In this document: one piece after another, positions 23,101-34,984 of the stretch
How positions within the stretch are numbered: the stretch's first letter is position 1
Layout: every line of letters starts with the position of its first letter
NCBI RefSeq assembly: GCF_009914755.1
Contig: NC_060944.1
DNA: 64,000 nucleotides
Source: the human T2T-CHM13v2.0 reference genome, Homo sapiens
Strand: one strand, 5' to 3'
Position numbers and translations under genes: made by a program
Notes under the pieces: generated by a model
What the model saw: the letters and a program-made list of their open reading frames with translations, nothing else
Database searches by the model: none
What the model was told of the DNA's origin: nothing

Positions 23101-25724
23101 TAGAATATGTTTTCCTAAAAAGCCCCTTTAGGGCTCCTGAATTGTCAGCAGGTTAAATCCCAAGCCCCTTCCCACCTCCGTCTCAGTGAACACGTGCCAA
23201 GCTCTTGTCAATGGCCAGACACGCCGGGCACTGTGGGGGTGATGGTGACCCGCCGGGGACTTGCCTCTTGGGGGCATGCTGGATGGGAAGACCCCACTGC
23301 CCTCTGATCTGCTGAATTGCTGGGATGTTTTCCTTCTAGCACCTTCCAGGAATTGGCTGCTGGGACCTCTCCAAGCCCCTCCCACCCACCGGCCTGCCTG
23401 CTTCCCATGCCTGCCTCCAACACCAGCCCCTGCCACCCCTGCTCCCTACTGGGACCCCACCCCCCCGGCCACTGTCACCTCAGGGGCTGCTCCAGAGGTC
23501 ATGCACCCCCCAAAACCCCCAGCCCAGGACCTCAGCAGAGCATGCTCCTCCCTCCTTCCGTACTATGGCTCCTGCTATCTGTGGCCTCAGCACTCGCCTT
23601 TCAGCCAGAGCCACACCCCCTCCTGAAACAAAAGGGACCTGAGTGGCCGAAACAGGGAGTGACGACCCCTGCGGTGCCGGCAGTAAGGTGTGGAGATGCC
23701 CCTTTCCAGAATCGCGTGTGGGGAGGATGTGCAGAGGGAGCCCCCACCTCCCACCCGACCCTGGGACCAGTTTTCCTGTAGAACGGGGACTTTGCCGTCT
23801 GTGCCTTAGCCACAGGCCAGATCTCATCGTGTTTCTCACCCTCTTCTCCACGCGTCCCGGAGGCCAGGCTTGCTGACGCACCCGAGGGACTGGCTGCGGG
23901 GCACCCCACATGGCGGGGTCCTCCATGGAAGTGTGGTCGGAGTACCCGAGGCCCCTTCCCTACTGCAGGCACTGCCCGCCAAGCTTCCCTGGATGGCTCC
24001 TCCAGGGCTGACACTGCGCAGCCTGGGCGTCTCTGCGGTCAGTGAGGGTCGCCTTTTTTATGAGCATCTTGAGGTCCGTTGGGCTAACACGAGTCCCTCA
24101 GTGGTCATGGGAGAAGCCTCAGGTTCTGTCAGTGTTGCCTCTCCCTTTTGAATAAATTTGACGATGCTGACTTCTTGACACCACATCCCTGGGAAGTTCC
24201 CACTCTCCTTTTCAGGGACCTCCAATCCGCCCCTGCAGGTTGGTGGATCGCCCACCATGGTGCTGCCCCTAGAGGTCGCTCTTGGAGAGCTGGCTTCGTT
24301 TCCATGTCCTGCTGATCACTCCCACCCCGCCCTGCCATGCCATTCACCATCTCTGCAGCCAAGGGCTGTGCCCTCTTTCACCCGGCTGAGCGGGCAGCTG
24401 TGCCGGGTGTCGGACTGGGGACCTCCTTCTGCTGGGGGACTCTGCAGACAAGAGGGGGCGCGCTGGATGGATGTGCCTGAGGGACAGGCAAGTGTCAGGT
24501 GGCAGAGCCAGGCCTCGGCCCTGCCCTTTCTCACCCACAATGTGAATTCATCAGCACCCTGAGTGTGCACTCAGCAAGGGCTTTCCAAAGGCCGACCCTC
24601 CTGACCCCCCTGACCCCACTGTGGCTGGAGGTGTGGGGAGCAGCAAGGGGATACGTGGAAGACAGACCTAAGCCGGCCAGCCTCCCAGGCGGGGCAGCCC
24701 CCAGATCAGTGCAGGAACATTTCAGCAGCGCAGGCAGGCGGCATTTCCCTCCAAGACAATAGCCCTGTCCCAGTGAAAGACACAGAGTGGAGAAGCCTCT
24801 CGCGTGGTCTCTGCGTCTGGGCTCCTTCATCTGCCGAGGCCCCGCTCCTCCTCCTGACGCGGCTCTGCCTCTCCCACGCACTGGCGCTCTGGCTTTCTTC
24901 TTTCTCCCTCTGCCTTAATGATGCTGCCCCTTTCCTGTTCCTGGTTGAAGCTGAAGCCCGCTTCCCTTCGCCGCACACAACACAGGAGCAATCTTCTCAG
25001 CCGTGCACTCACAGCTTGGAAAATAAAGGGAGGAAGGAGTCCCAGCCACAGGGTAGAGGAACGGCCTCTCCACAGAGAAGCTGCTGCTGCTGAGCTGAAG
25101 TGACAGGTACCCCGTGCTAATGATGGGGAAAGTGTGAAGGGTTTATTATAATTTAAGAGCCTCTCTATTTGAACAGACTGTCTGACTCTCCGGGGATGGT
25201 TTTCAAAACCAGCTGGCTCCTCGGATGCTGCTGAGAATGAAATGGGGAAGCCGTGAGAAAGCAGCACAGGTCCCGCGCGAGGGCGTGGCGGTGAGGCCGC
25301 TGCTGCAGAACCGGAGGCCTGTGCATCTAATTTTAGTGAAGAATGTTATGGAGACAGAGGGTGTCGGGGTCAGTGACCACCTGGATTCCGGGATTCCTTG
25401 CTTTCCCAGCTGTGAGCGTGCCGTATTTCCCAGGGTGGGGATGGCCCAGTGTCCTCTCTGCAGCTCATCTCCTGCGAGGCACAGGCATGTTGTGATTGAG
25501 GACACAGGCTTCGGTGCCTGGCAGGGTCCTTCGGGGTCCTGGCTCTGGGGCCTTGAGGGAGTCACTCTAGTGGCTGAGCCTGAGCCATCTCTGCAACGGG
25601 AGCCATAGTGGTGCTCAGGTGGCGGGACTGCGGTGAGAATCTAATTCAGAAATGAATGCCCGCAACTCGCCCTGCGCAGTGCCTCAGCCCAGGAAGCACT
25701 CAGCCAGCCACTGCTGTCTTCACA

Positions 25725-26019
25725 ACTATTGTCCCTCAGGGGATTCATTCCAGGCCCGCCCCCAGGGGTATTAAAATCCGAGTATCCTTAAGTCCCTTGT
25801 ATAAGAAGGCATAGTATATGCAAGTAACCTACACACATCCTTTGTATACTTTAAATCAACTCTAGATTACTTATAATGCCTAATATAATCAAAGTGCTAT
25901 GTAAATAGTTAGACTGTGTCTTTTATTATTACATTGTCACTTCATATTTTTTTAAATATTTCGGTCCTCAGTTGGTTGAATCTGCGGGTGCAGAACCCGC
26001 GGGTGTGGAAAGCCAGCTG
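25725..26019 (+). mobile_element. MER2 (TcMar-Tigger) DNA transposon
   Basis: ATACTTTAAATCAACTCTAGATTACTTATAATGCCTAATA and GTTGGTTGAATCTGCGGGTGCAGAACCCGCGG...CTG followed by TA. Confidence 0.9.
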
Positions 26020-26131
26020 TATCTTACCATGACCCTGTGGACTTGTTTCCAGTCCTGCCTGCTGTCTGGCGAGCTCCTACTCAGCCTTAGGCACCTTGCC
26101 TGAGTGCCCTTCCCTGAAACAGCTTCCCTTG

Positions 26132-26519
26132 TGTGTTAGTCTGTTCTCGTGTTGCTATAAAGACATACCTGAGGCTGAGTGATTTATACAGAAAAGAGGC
26201 TTAATTGACTCATGGTCCTGCTGTACAGGCATGGCGCCGGCATCTGCTCAGCTTCTGGAGAGGCCTCAGGGAGCTTTTACTCATAATGGAAGGCAAAGCG
26301 GGAGCAGGCACCTCACATGGTGATAGGGGAGCACAGAGGGGGAAGGTGCCACATACTTTAAACAACCGGCTCTCATGAGAGCTTACTCACTGTGGTGAGG
26401 ACAGCACCAAGCCACAAGGGATCCCCATGACCCAACACCTCCCACCAGGCCCCACCTCCAACACTGGGGATCACAGTTCAACGGGAGATTTGGGTAGGAC
26501 AAACATCTAACCTGTGTCC
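26132..26519 (-). mobile_element. MSTB-like MaLR solo LTR
   Basis: TGTGTTAGTCTGTTCTCGTGTTGCTATAAAG...GAGGCCTCAGGGAGCTTTTACTCAT...CACCAGGCCCCACCTCCAACACTGGGGATCACA. Confidence 0.92.
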
Positions 26520-27807
26520 CCTGGCTTCCCTCCTCTGGTGCCCAGTGCCCCACACCCCTCACCTGTGCCCTCCCTGCAGATCTCCGGAGTCACCTGGGCA
26601 GCCTGCGGCCCAACACTGCGGTGCTCCTCGTCAGCCCCGGCCTAACCCTCGGCCCTGCTCTTCCCGGGGCCTGTTCAGATGCCCGCCCGCTGCCCACCAT
26701 GCACCCTCTGCCCTCCTGTGTGTGTGCCCACCTCTCCCACAATGCTGCAGAGTCCAGGGGAGGGAAGGCAGAGACTGGGCCCTGTCTGGCCTTTCCCTGG
26801 TCTCAGTTGAGTTGCACCTGGCGGGGCGCATGCAGCCCATTCTTCACCACCCAGGTCTGTGCAGAGGAGACGGATGCATTCCCTTCTATGGGCGTTTGTT
26901 TAGGCCAAGCTCAGTCCACCAGTCCTGGTGCCCGTGGATGCCCACAGGGGCTGCACAGCTCCATTCCTCAGCATCCAGAAAGCAGTGCCGCGTTCAGTTG
27001 GAAACAGCTCTGTAGAAAAGTCAGCCATAAATATGAGAGACAGGAGCATACCAGGAGGGAGGAGAATGGCAGGACACCGTCTGCCCTGACGCATGCCCAC
27101 AGTGCCGCCCAGAGCCAAGCTGCAGGACGCCAAGGTAGGGGCTGGCAAAGCGTTTGACTCCCAAGAATGCACCTTCTCCGGGGGTGGAGCTGCGCCGTGC
27201 CCTGCTGCCTGGCCCATGCTGGGGGCTGCTGGCGATGCTTTCTGGTGAATGCAGCAGGTCCTCATCATGTGCTGGGCTCGGAGGGTGTCCAGTTGAGCCC
27301 TCCCAGGTTAGGGGATGCTGCCAGCACCCTCGCTGACACCCCAAAGCACACATTTTATCGCAAGGTTCTTGCTGCATTTCAGCGATGGGCTCACTACATC
27401 ACGCAGGCAGACACCCGGTCCCCAGTAGGGTGGAAAATGAGAGGATGACCTTAAACTTCCAGAAGGAAACTTGCTCTGAAAATGACCAGGTCCTCAAAGG
27501 AAACTCACATGTCTTAACTTCCGGGACTCCACTGTCATGAACAGCTGGATGGACATCTTGGTGTAACAGGCCTTGCTTAGGAGGGAAACGAAGCAGCTGA
27601 AAAAGAAACAAATCAATAATAATAACAGTAAAAATAGCCATAACACAGCCTACACTTCTGAATTTTGCAAGCCTCATTCTTTGGGGATGTTTTGGTGAGC
27701 TGGAAGGAGGAGCAGAGGGAAGCTCATTCCAGCTCTTTGGGGAAAAACCCTGAAGCTGCAGCCCGTTCTCTGCGTCGCTTTCTGATGCTGGGTTTATACA
27801 TTCACTT

Positions 27808-27840
<33 letters not shown>

Positions 27841-27999
27841 TTGAGCACCTCCTGTCTCCCAGGTGCTGTGTGTGCCAGGCCAGCACCAACATCATGAAAT
27901 GATTTCGGAATTGTGCCTGGCCTGGTGAGCGCACACAGAGGAGCTGCTTACTGGGGTACACGCCCGCAGGGCATTTACTTGATGAACGTGTTACGGTTT

Positions 28000-28120
28000 C
28001 GCTTCTCAGTGTGGTCTCCAGACCAGCGAATGGAGAGCCTTAGAGATGCAGCACCTGAGGCCCCCTCCCTGGACTCATTTTCACCAGCTCCTGCGTGATC
28101 TGCAGGCGTCTTAGAGAAGC
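28000..28120 (+). mobile_element. MER5A-like fragment
   Basis: TTCTCAGTGTGGTCTCCAGACCAGC...TTAGAGATGCAG; internally deleted. Confidence 0.5.
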
Positions 28121-30437
28121 TTTGGATTAAGCAACCATTTTGCACCTTATACCGTGCAAGGCACTAAGGATACACGTTGGGAGCGCCATGGCCCCTGCCC
28201 TCAGAAGCTCTCAGTCTAGTTCAAGAGGTGGCTAAACAGAAGCACAGTTTTTTATTCTCTGGGCACCCCTGTGAGCCGGGTCCAGCTCAGGGCACTGGGG
28301 TGTGGCCAGGGATGACATGGAGTCCATGTCACAGAGTTCCCACTCTGGTTGGGAGACAGATAGGGAAGTCAAGTCCGTGGAGAGTGTTTGCAGGAATGGT
28401 GAGTGTTATGGAGAAAACAAAGCCAGGTGATGGGGTGGAGTCTCCAAGGTGGGGCAACCAGGGCCCCACACCACTCCGGATGGCCCCTGCAGAGACCCAG
28501 CTCCCTAGGGAAGCTGGCTGCAGACAGATCTGGACGAGGAGACTCTAGGAAAACAAATGCAGGCAGGCAGTTGGGCGGCTGTTTTGGGAGCCAGGAGAGG
28601 GTTCCTGCTGGAAGGGAGGCAGGGCCAGGCTGTGGAGGCCAGGTGTGCCCTACCAGGTGTGGGAGGGGAGACCCAAAGCACAGGGAGCAGAAGGGCCCAT
28701 CCCGGGCCCTCACCTGCTAGGTCCCATTGTCCCCTTCACTCCATGCCCACCCCGTCTGCCCAGGGCAGGCTCTCAAGTGTGCAAAGTGCCAATGGAGCAC
28801 AGAGAAGTGAGCAGCAAAGTGCCTGGGGTGCCAGTGGAGGCTTCCTGGAAGAGGTGACATTTGAGCTGGGTCAGGAAGCCTGCCTAGGTGTTCTCCAGGT
28901 AGAATAGGAAAGGGCTCAATGCCTGTGACCTTTTGAGTACTAAATGAGAAAATAGGGGAAAATAGGGGAATAGATAATGTGGGAAAAGCATCAGGGACAT
29001 AGTAAGCCCTGGGAGTGTTCATATACACATGTGGGTATGCAGTACACACACATGCATGCACATAGGCACACACACATGTACATGAGCAGGGACATACGCT
29101 GATGCACACACACACGTGATTGATCCTTCTTTAAAACCCACAGGGAACTACCGCAATCCCCGTGGCCAGCTCCCTGCCGAGCCTCCCCTTACCCACATCC
29201 TAACAGAGAGCCTGGGTGTTGTTTAGATGCTGTTAACTCCCAGTCCAAAGTGCTGATGCCATTGTTTCCTTCCCGATTAGCTTTTGTGTCCAAAGCTAAG
29301 AATACAATATTTTTAGGCCCTGGAGGAAGAATCCTGAGTCAGTGACTGTCTCCGGAGTAACAGGCCCAAAAGCTTCAGTCGAGGCCGAGATGCAAACTTC
29401 ATTATAGTATCTGCCCTGGCGGCAGCCGCAGCGCCTGTCTTTGCACCTAATGGGCCTTTTTGGACAGTGACGATGATCTCCGATGAGTTATTAATACTGT
29501 GATGCAGCTTGAATAATTGCAAGAAAAGCACAGGACTCCAAATGGGAACATACCTGGCAGTGGAAGAAATGCTTCCTTGGCCTCTCCTTTCAGCGTATTC
29601 CCAGGCGAGAGGCCAGCCGAGATGAGATTTGCTTTTAGGGTATTTTCAGCATTTCAAGTCTTGTAGAAATCATCTCCCCACCTCGTGGGTAAGAAGGGAG
29701 GGAAGGGAAGTGAGGGGTGCCCTGGCTTGGGAGGTGTCTCGGTGTTTGATGTTTGTTCTTACTGACGCACTCCTTCCTGCACACATTTGAGAGCACACGT
29801 GCACATGCATCCCTCTAACACACAGACACGTGTAGATTTGTTTTTCCTGTCATTTCTTGGACAAGTCATTTGATAAATGGGCCGTTCTTCCATCCAGCAG
29901 CTTGCACTAATGGTCTAATTAGAAGCTCCTGGTGAATGTTGCTATGGGCGTCACTTCAGGAGAAATGGAAATAGGCCAGGGACCCTGGTATAATTTGAGG
30001 AAATGGCTACAGGAAGAGAGAGGCCTGGCCTGGAAGGACGGTTCCTGCTGTCACCATCACCACCTCCCTGAATAGGGGCTGCGTCCAGGCTTGCTGGGGT
30101 CTGGGTGAAATGGTTCCATTATTTCAAGCTGGAAGTTTTGGTGCAGACAGTGTGGAAGGCTGGCCTCTCGTGGTGCCTGTTTTCACGTCTCCATCAAATG
30201 CAATTCCACGCACTTGGGAAGACGTCACCCTTAAGATTAGGCAATGAGTGTGAGTTACTGTGATTGGAAGTAATGACCCCTGCCTGCCACTGGGCACAGG
30301 TAGGCAGCGAGGTATCTGCCACTGAGGAAATGTGGCTTTGGATGAATGCCCTCGGGGTGCAGGGGTGACGAAGGCCCCTCTGTGAAGCAAGGCCCAGGGC
30401 CCTGCTGCCTGTGGGGTGGGTCCTTGGTGGGGCCCAC

Positions 30438-30785
30438 TCTGCCTCTCTCTCTCTCTCTGTGTCTCTCTCTGTCTCCCTATTTGTCTTTCTCTCCCTCTCT
30501 GTATCTCTGTCTCTCTGTCTCTACCTCTCTTTGTCTGTTTCTCTATGTATATCTGTCTCCCTCTCTCTCTTTCTCTGTCTCTGTCTCTCTATTTGTCTCT
30601 CCCTGTCTCTCTCCCCCCGTGTCTCTCCCTTTCTGTCTCTCCCTTTCTGTCTCTCTCCTTCTGTCTCTGTCTCCCTGTTTCTCCCTCTCTCTGTCTCTGC
30701 CTCCCTGTCTCTCCCTCTGTCTCTGTTTCTGTCTCTCTCTCTGTCTCCCTGTCTCTCCCTCTCTCTGTCTCTATCTCTGTCTTTT
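30438..30785. repeat. (CT)n/(CTCTGT)n polypyrimidine tract
   Basis: Directly visible ~350 bp CT-rich simple repeat. Confidence 0.97.
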
Positions 30786-31429
30786 TCTGGCTTGTTCTCA
30801 TTCACTCTTTTCCTGCCTCTCCAACCCTGCTTTTCCTCTGTAACTCCTTTCCATGAAACAGTAAGCAGATTGCCGTGAGAAGCTGTGACCTGTGGTGCAG
30901 AATTCAGGTTTTGCACATGAGTGAAGGTCCTTGCAACATCTAGAATCTGGATCCTTGTACAGAGAGGGCAAAATTTTGTTCCCAGTAGCGGTCAAGGCTG
31001 TGGAGGAAAAAAAAAAAAAAAAAAACAGGAAACCAGGTAGAGAGTGATAAGCTGGTAAGTCAAGGACCTCAGCATGATTTGCTCCTGGGATGAGGAGGCC
31101 CTGGGTGGATGGACTGTGGAGCCAAACCTCTGGGCAATGCTGGGCAATGGCATCCCGCTGACTCTGAGGACACATGGGCCCAGGGTGCCTTGGAGCCAGG
31201 GCTGCCCGTGCAGGTGATGGGCATGGCAGAGTCCTGAGGCCGGGCTGAACGGCAAAGAGTGGTAGCCAGGGTTTGCAGGGCACCTCCCCCTGTGGCTCAA
31301 TGTCCACGCAGCAGATGTGGATAGAAGGTGGCCAAGCAGACAGAGAATGGCAGAGAGACGGCCATTCCGATAAGCACCACCTCTGTGCCGGGCTCACTTC
31401 CAAGTGCTCTGCGTGCTGCCATTCCTTCC

Positions 31430-31585
31430 ACAGCATGGGGGAGAGCTGCTGTGATCACCCATCCTACAGACGAGGGCACTGAGGCACAGAGAGGCTGAAT
31501 GACTTCCCCAGAGTCACACAGCAGGTCAAGTGGGGGAGCTGGGATTTGAACCCAGACCCAGGCTGACTCCAGAGCTCACCTCTGT
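31430..31585 (-). mobile_element. MIR (MIRb-like)
   Basis: ACTGAGGCACAGAGAGG...GTCACACAGC...GAGCTGGGATTTGAACCCAG...TGACTCCAGAGC. Confidence 0.9.
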
Positions 31586-32329
31586 CGCAAAGCCTGACAG
31601 TCTCTCAGCTAAAATAGGGCCCACAAGTGCCCTGTCCTGTGAACACAGAGGTCCCTCTCCCTCTCCCAGTTCCTCTGCATATCTGAATGATTGCTGTTGG
31701 CAAAGGGGCCAGACCCCCAGGAAGTGGGCAGATTTGCTGCCTCCTGGTGTGGCCTCAGTGGCCTGTCCTGGGAAGTGCACCCCGCCGCTCCTCAGTTGTG
31801 TAGATTGGAGGCCTCCTTGGCTGCCATGGCTTGTGTCGTGCACACACCTGCTCAGGGCCAGTGACATTTTGGGGTCTAAATGTTGTAAGTGGAAACAAAG
31901 CAAATTTCTAATTTGCCTGAGGTTAAATGACTCTGTGTGGCCTTGCCTGAAGGTCCCTGGTGGGATGGATAGTGCGGGACACTGTCCCCTCCAGACCAGC
32001 TCCAGGCTACCGCCGGGATGTCCTGGTGAGCCCAGGGTGGCCAGAAATGATTTCTCCGACTGGCCTGCAGGAAACTGAGTCAAAGGTCTGCTGAGTAGCT
32101 TGGGACAGGGCTGAGGAGGGATAGAGCTGCTGGCCGGTCTGTGGTGGGTGACAGTGATGTGTCCATATCCTGCTCTGTTGACCTTTACAACCTTGTGGTA
32201 ACACCATCACCGTTCTAACCTGCCTTTGCCACACAGACCTGAAACCCAGGCACCAACCTGAATATACAAGTTGGATGAAAAAACAAACACACCCCTCAAT
32301 GTAGGACCAGACAGATTTTTAATCTGCGC

Positions 32330-34945
32330 ACATATAAAGGTGGATTTTTCCCTAGCCCCAGGGTGCACTAACTGAGATGTTTTCCTTGCTAATATTTGTT
32401 TGCTTTTTTCCTTTCATAAAAGCACTAGGTAATACCATGACCTTCTGAAATGCAAATAGATTTTCTTTTTAATTCAGAAAGCCTTTTTATTCCACTTAAG
32501 ATGAGAAGGTCCTGTTTGGAAAATACACTTGATGTCTCATACCCATTATTTATGATTTTCTCCTAAATTATTTTTCTTATAGACTTAAAAAAATGGAAAG
32601 CCCAACACATTAGTGCAGAAAGAGGGAACATGAGGCTGAAATGGTTGGCAGCTGCAAAACAGGCAACGATGTAATAAGATTAGAAAAAAAAGCATCTCTT
32701 TTTAAGGAGTTTTTCCGACACCTACGTGGACTCGCAATAGCATCTTAGAGGTCCCAGGTGAAGAGGAATCAGCATCATCAAGCCAGGGCCAAAGACCCAC
32801 AACCTGCCAGGGCCAGTGTTGTCTTTACCTGGGCCAGGCTGCCCTCAGAGACTGGTTTAGCTCCTGCCCAAGTTGTTGCTGGATGATGCAAAGGTTGCCT
32901 TGGGAAGGTTTCTGCAGGAATAGGAAGAGGCTGTCCTTAGTAGCCAAAGACAGAAGGGAGGCTGGTTTGATGCTTTTGTTGTATGGACAGTTTGGAACCT
33001 GAGCCTGCCAGGCTTTGCCCGTGTCTCACAGTGCAGAGTCTCCCTACCCTCTCAACCCCAACACTTGGGTCTACACCTGAGGCTTCCTCCTCTCCTTTCC
33101 CTCATCCACATTCCTAGAACCCTGCCCTTGTTAGATTTCACACTCCACCAGTTTACAACTGAGCCTTTCCCCTCTCTGCATCTCCCCCTTCCATCATTCT
33201 CCCCTCGCCCCCAGCCCCCAGGGTGTCTCCTGTGTTTCTGAGAAGATCCTGGGCTGCAGGACAAGGTAAAGCCACACCCGCTGCGGAGTTCTAGCCTAGA
33301 TGTGTCTGCTTGTCATAACGCTTGATTAACCAGTCCAACCAGCATGCATAATTTGGCTGAGAGCAAATTTATTTCTAAGCCACGCAGGTTGGCAGGGAAA
33401 TATCTTGATGTTATCTAGAAAGTGTTAATAAATTTACCAAATGGGTCCAGTCAAAGAGAAGTTGCAGCTATCATTCTGAGAACAAAGAGAAGAGTCTATG
33501 AAGAGACAGCCCACAAAGCATCCCTGTCCAAGTGGAACTGCTACGACCCCAGCACGTGTCCAGCAGCACCTGGCCCTGCAGCCTAGAGTCGTCAGGACCC
33601 TGGACAGTTCTCCAGGTCTCATGCGTGGTGATGGACGATTCTGCCCCACTGGGCGTTAAGGACTGCACTTGTTCTTCCTACTTGATCCTCTCAATTTTGC
33701 TTTATGGCATGGGAGTGCTCAACGCAGCCAAGAACGTGGTCCACCACAGCTCGCACTGCTCCCCTGGTTTTGTTCAGAAAGTTCTGCATGTTGGACGCTG
33801 TGCTCTCCTGGTCACTGGCCCACCACCTGCACTTCCTCATTGCTCTGTGGTTGGTGGTGGTGGTCAGCAGGCTGCAGGCGTCACTGCCACGGGTATCTGG
33901 AGGTATTTGCCAATGAAGTTGTCATGTGATCAGCCAAACGCGGGGTGGTGAGCACGACCTCCTAGATCACAGCAGATGTCCACCTTCCGTATGCAGAGCC
34001 ATGCTGGCAGCTGGGGCCTTGGCCAACACTGCTGCATTTGCTCTGTGGCACCTGCATCAAGACTGCCCTGTCGAGGCTAGGCTGTTGCAGCCTCACGTCT
34101 CCGGGAGGGCTGTTGGGGAAGCACAAGACCCTGAGCTCAGTGCCCAGCTCCTCCATCTTTTCCTGAATCACAAGCCAGTTTTCCTTCTCAGGTTTTGCGG
34201 CTACAGGGACCCCCTCAAGCATCATGTGTTTAGGGTATACGAATGTGGCATAACATTAGTGCAATCAAGCCATTATAGGAAGGACATCTCAGTATGTCTC
34301 TCTGAATCATTGTTGTAAAACCAAACACATGGACGTGTTCCCGTTGCTTGTGATGGAATCACTGGTGCGTGCTGATGTGATGGCCAGAAAATGACCACAG
34401 AGAAGACTTCATCTTTCCTGTTGCAGAATCCCCTCCAGTGTGTGCTCCACCGGGCAGCCTTTGCTTGGTGCTTTTCCTGTGATTTTGCGACAAGCACTGG
34501 CCTCGTGCAATGCAGCGGCCTCTGTCCAGGGCTGCCTAGATCTGCAGAAGGTTGTTTTTTTTCTTTCCAGTGTGTGTGTGTTTGTTTATAGAGTACTTTC
34601 GGCAGCTCCTTCCCAAGTTGAAACAAATTCCAAAAGAAGTGCATGGGGTGGCCCTCCCCTGAGGGAGGGACCTCTTGGAGAGAAGGTGGAGACCCAGCAC
34701 ACGACACGCAGCAAGTTCCACAGGGAAATTCCAGGAGATGTCACGTGCTCCTCATTCTCTGTCGGCTGAGCCTGAACCAGGCAGCAGGTGGCCACGCTTG
34801 GTCACCTCGTGTCTTCCCTAATCCAGTGGGTGTGCATGGCCTGTCTTTGCAGCAGCTCTGCACATGTGCGTCTCAGCATGCACTTGATTGCCATTTGAAT
34901 GAGCTTGTCTGCGAATTCTCCACTCACATCCTTTGCCATTTAAAA
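32330..34945 (-). mobile_element. Highly decayed hAT-Tip100-type (ZMYM1-like) transposase relic
   Basis: Collinear frameshifted minus-strand motifs: LLRVVCWVSTFSPRGPSLRG; TSD...SMC..FYNN..EMSFL*WLDC; GQG/AASM; FVGCLFI; FFSNLITSLPVLQLPTISASC; RTFS.L.GIK; ERKKANK..KENI. This is the domain order of Tip100-family transposases, from DUF4371-like to hATC dimerization. Confidence 0.6.
33070..33250 (+). mobile_element. Possible L2 fragment nested in the hAT relic
   Basis: CTTCCTCCTCTCCTTTCCCTCATCCACATTCC...CCCCTCTCTGCATCTCCCCC resembles the pyrimidine-rich L2 ORF2 end. Confidence 0.4.
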
Positions 34946-34984
34946 TTTGTTTTTCCTGTGTTTTTCTTCTATTTTTTTCTTTCC

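Noticed and set aside
25250-25340. CpG island or promoter
   Set aside because: The CpG-rich patch is under 100 bp and within the background of a GC-rich region.
33400-34800. Processed pseudogene of a cellular gene
   Set aside because: No poly(A)/TSD and no recognisable cellular protein; the motifs fit a hAT transposase better, although a dead domesticated transposase gene is not excluded.
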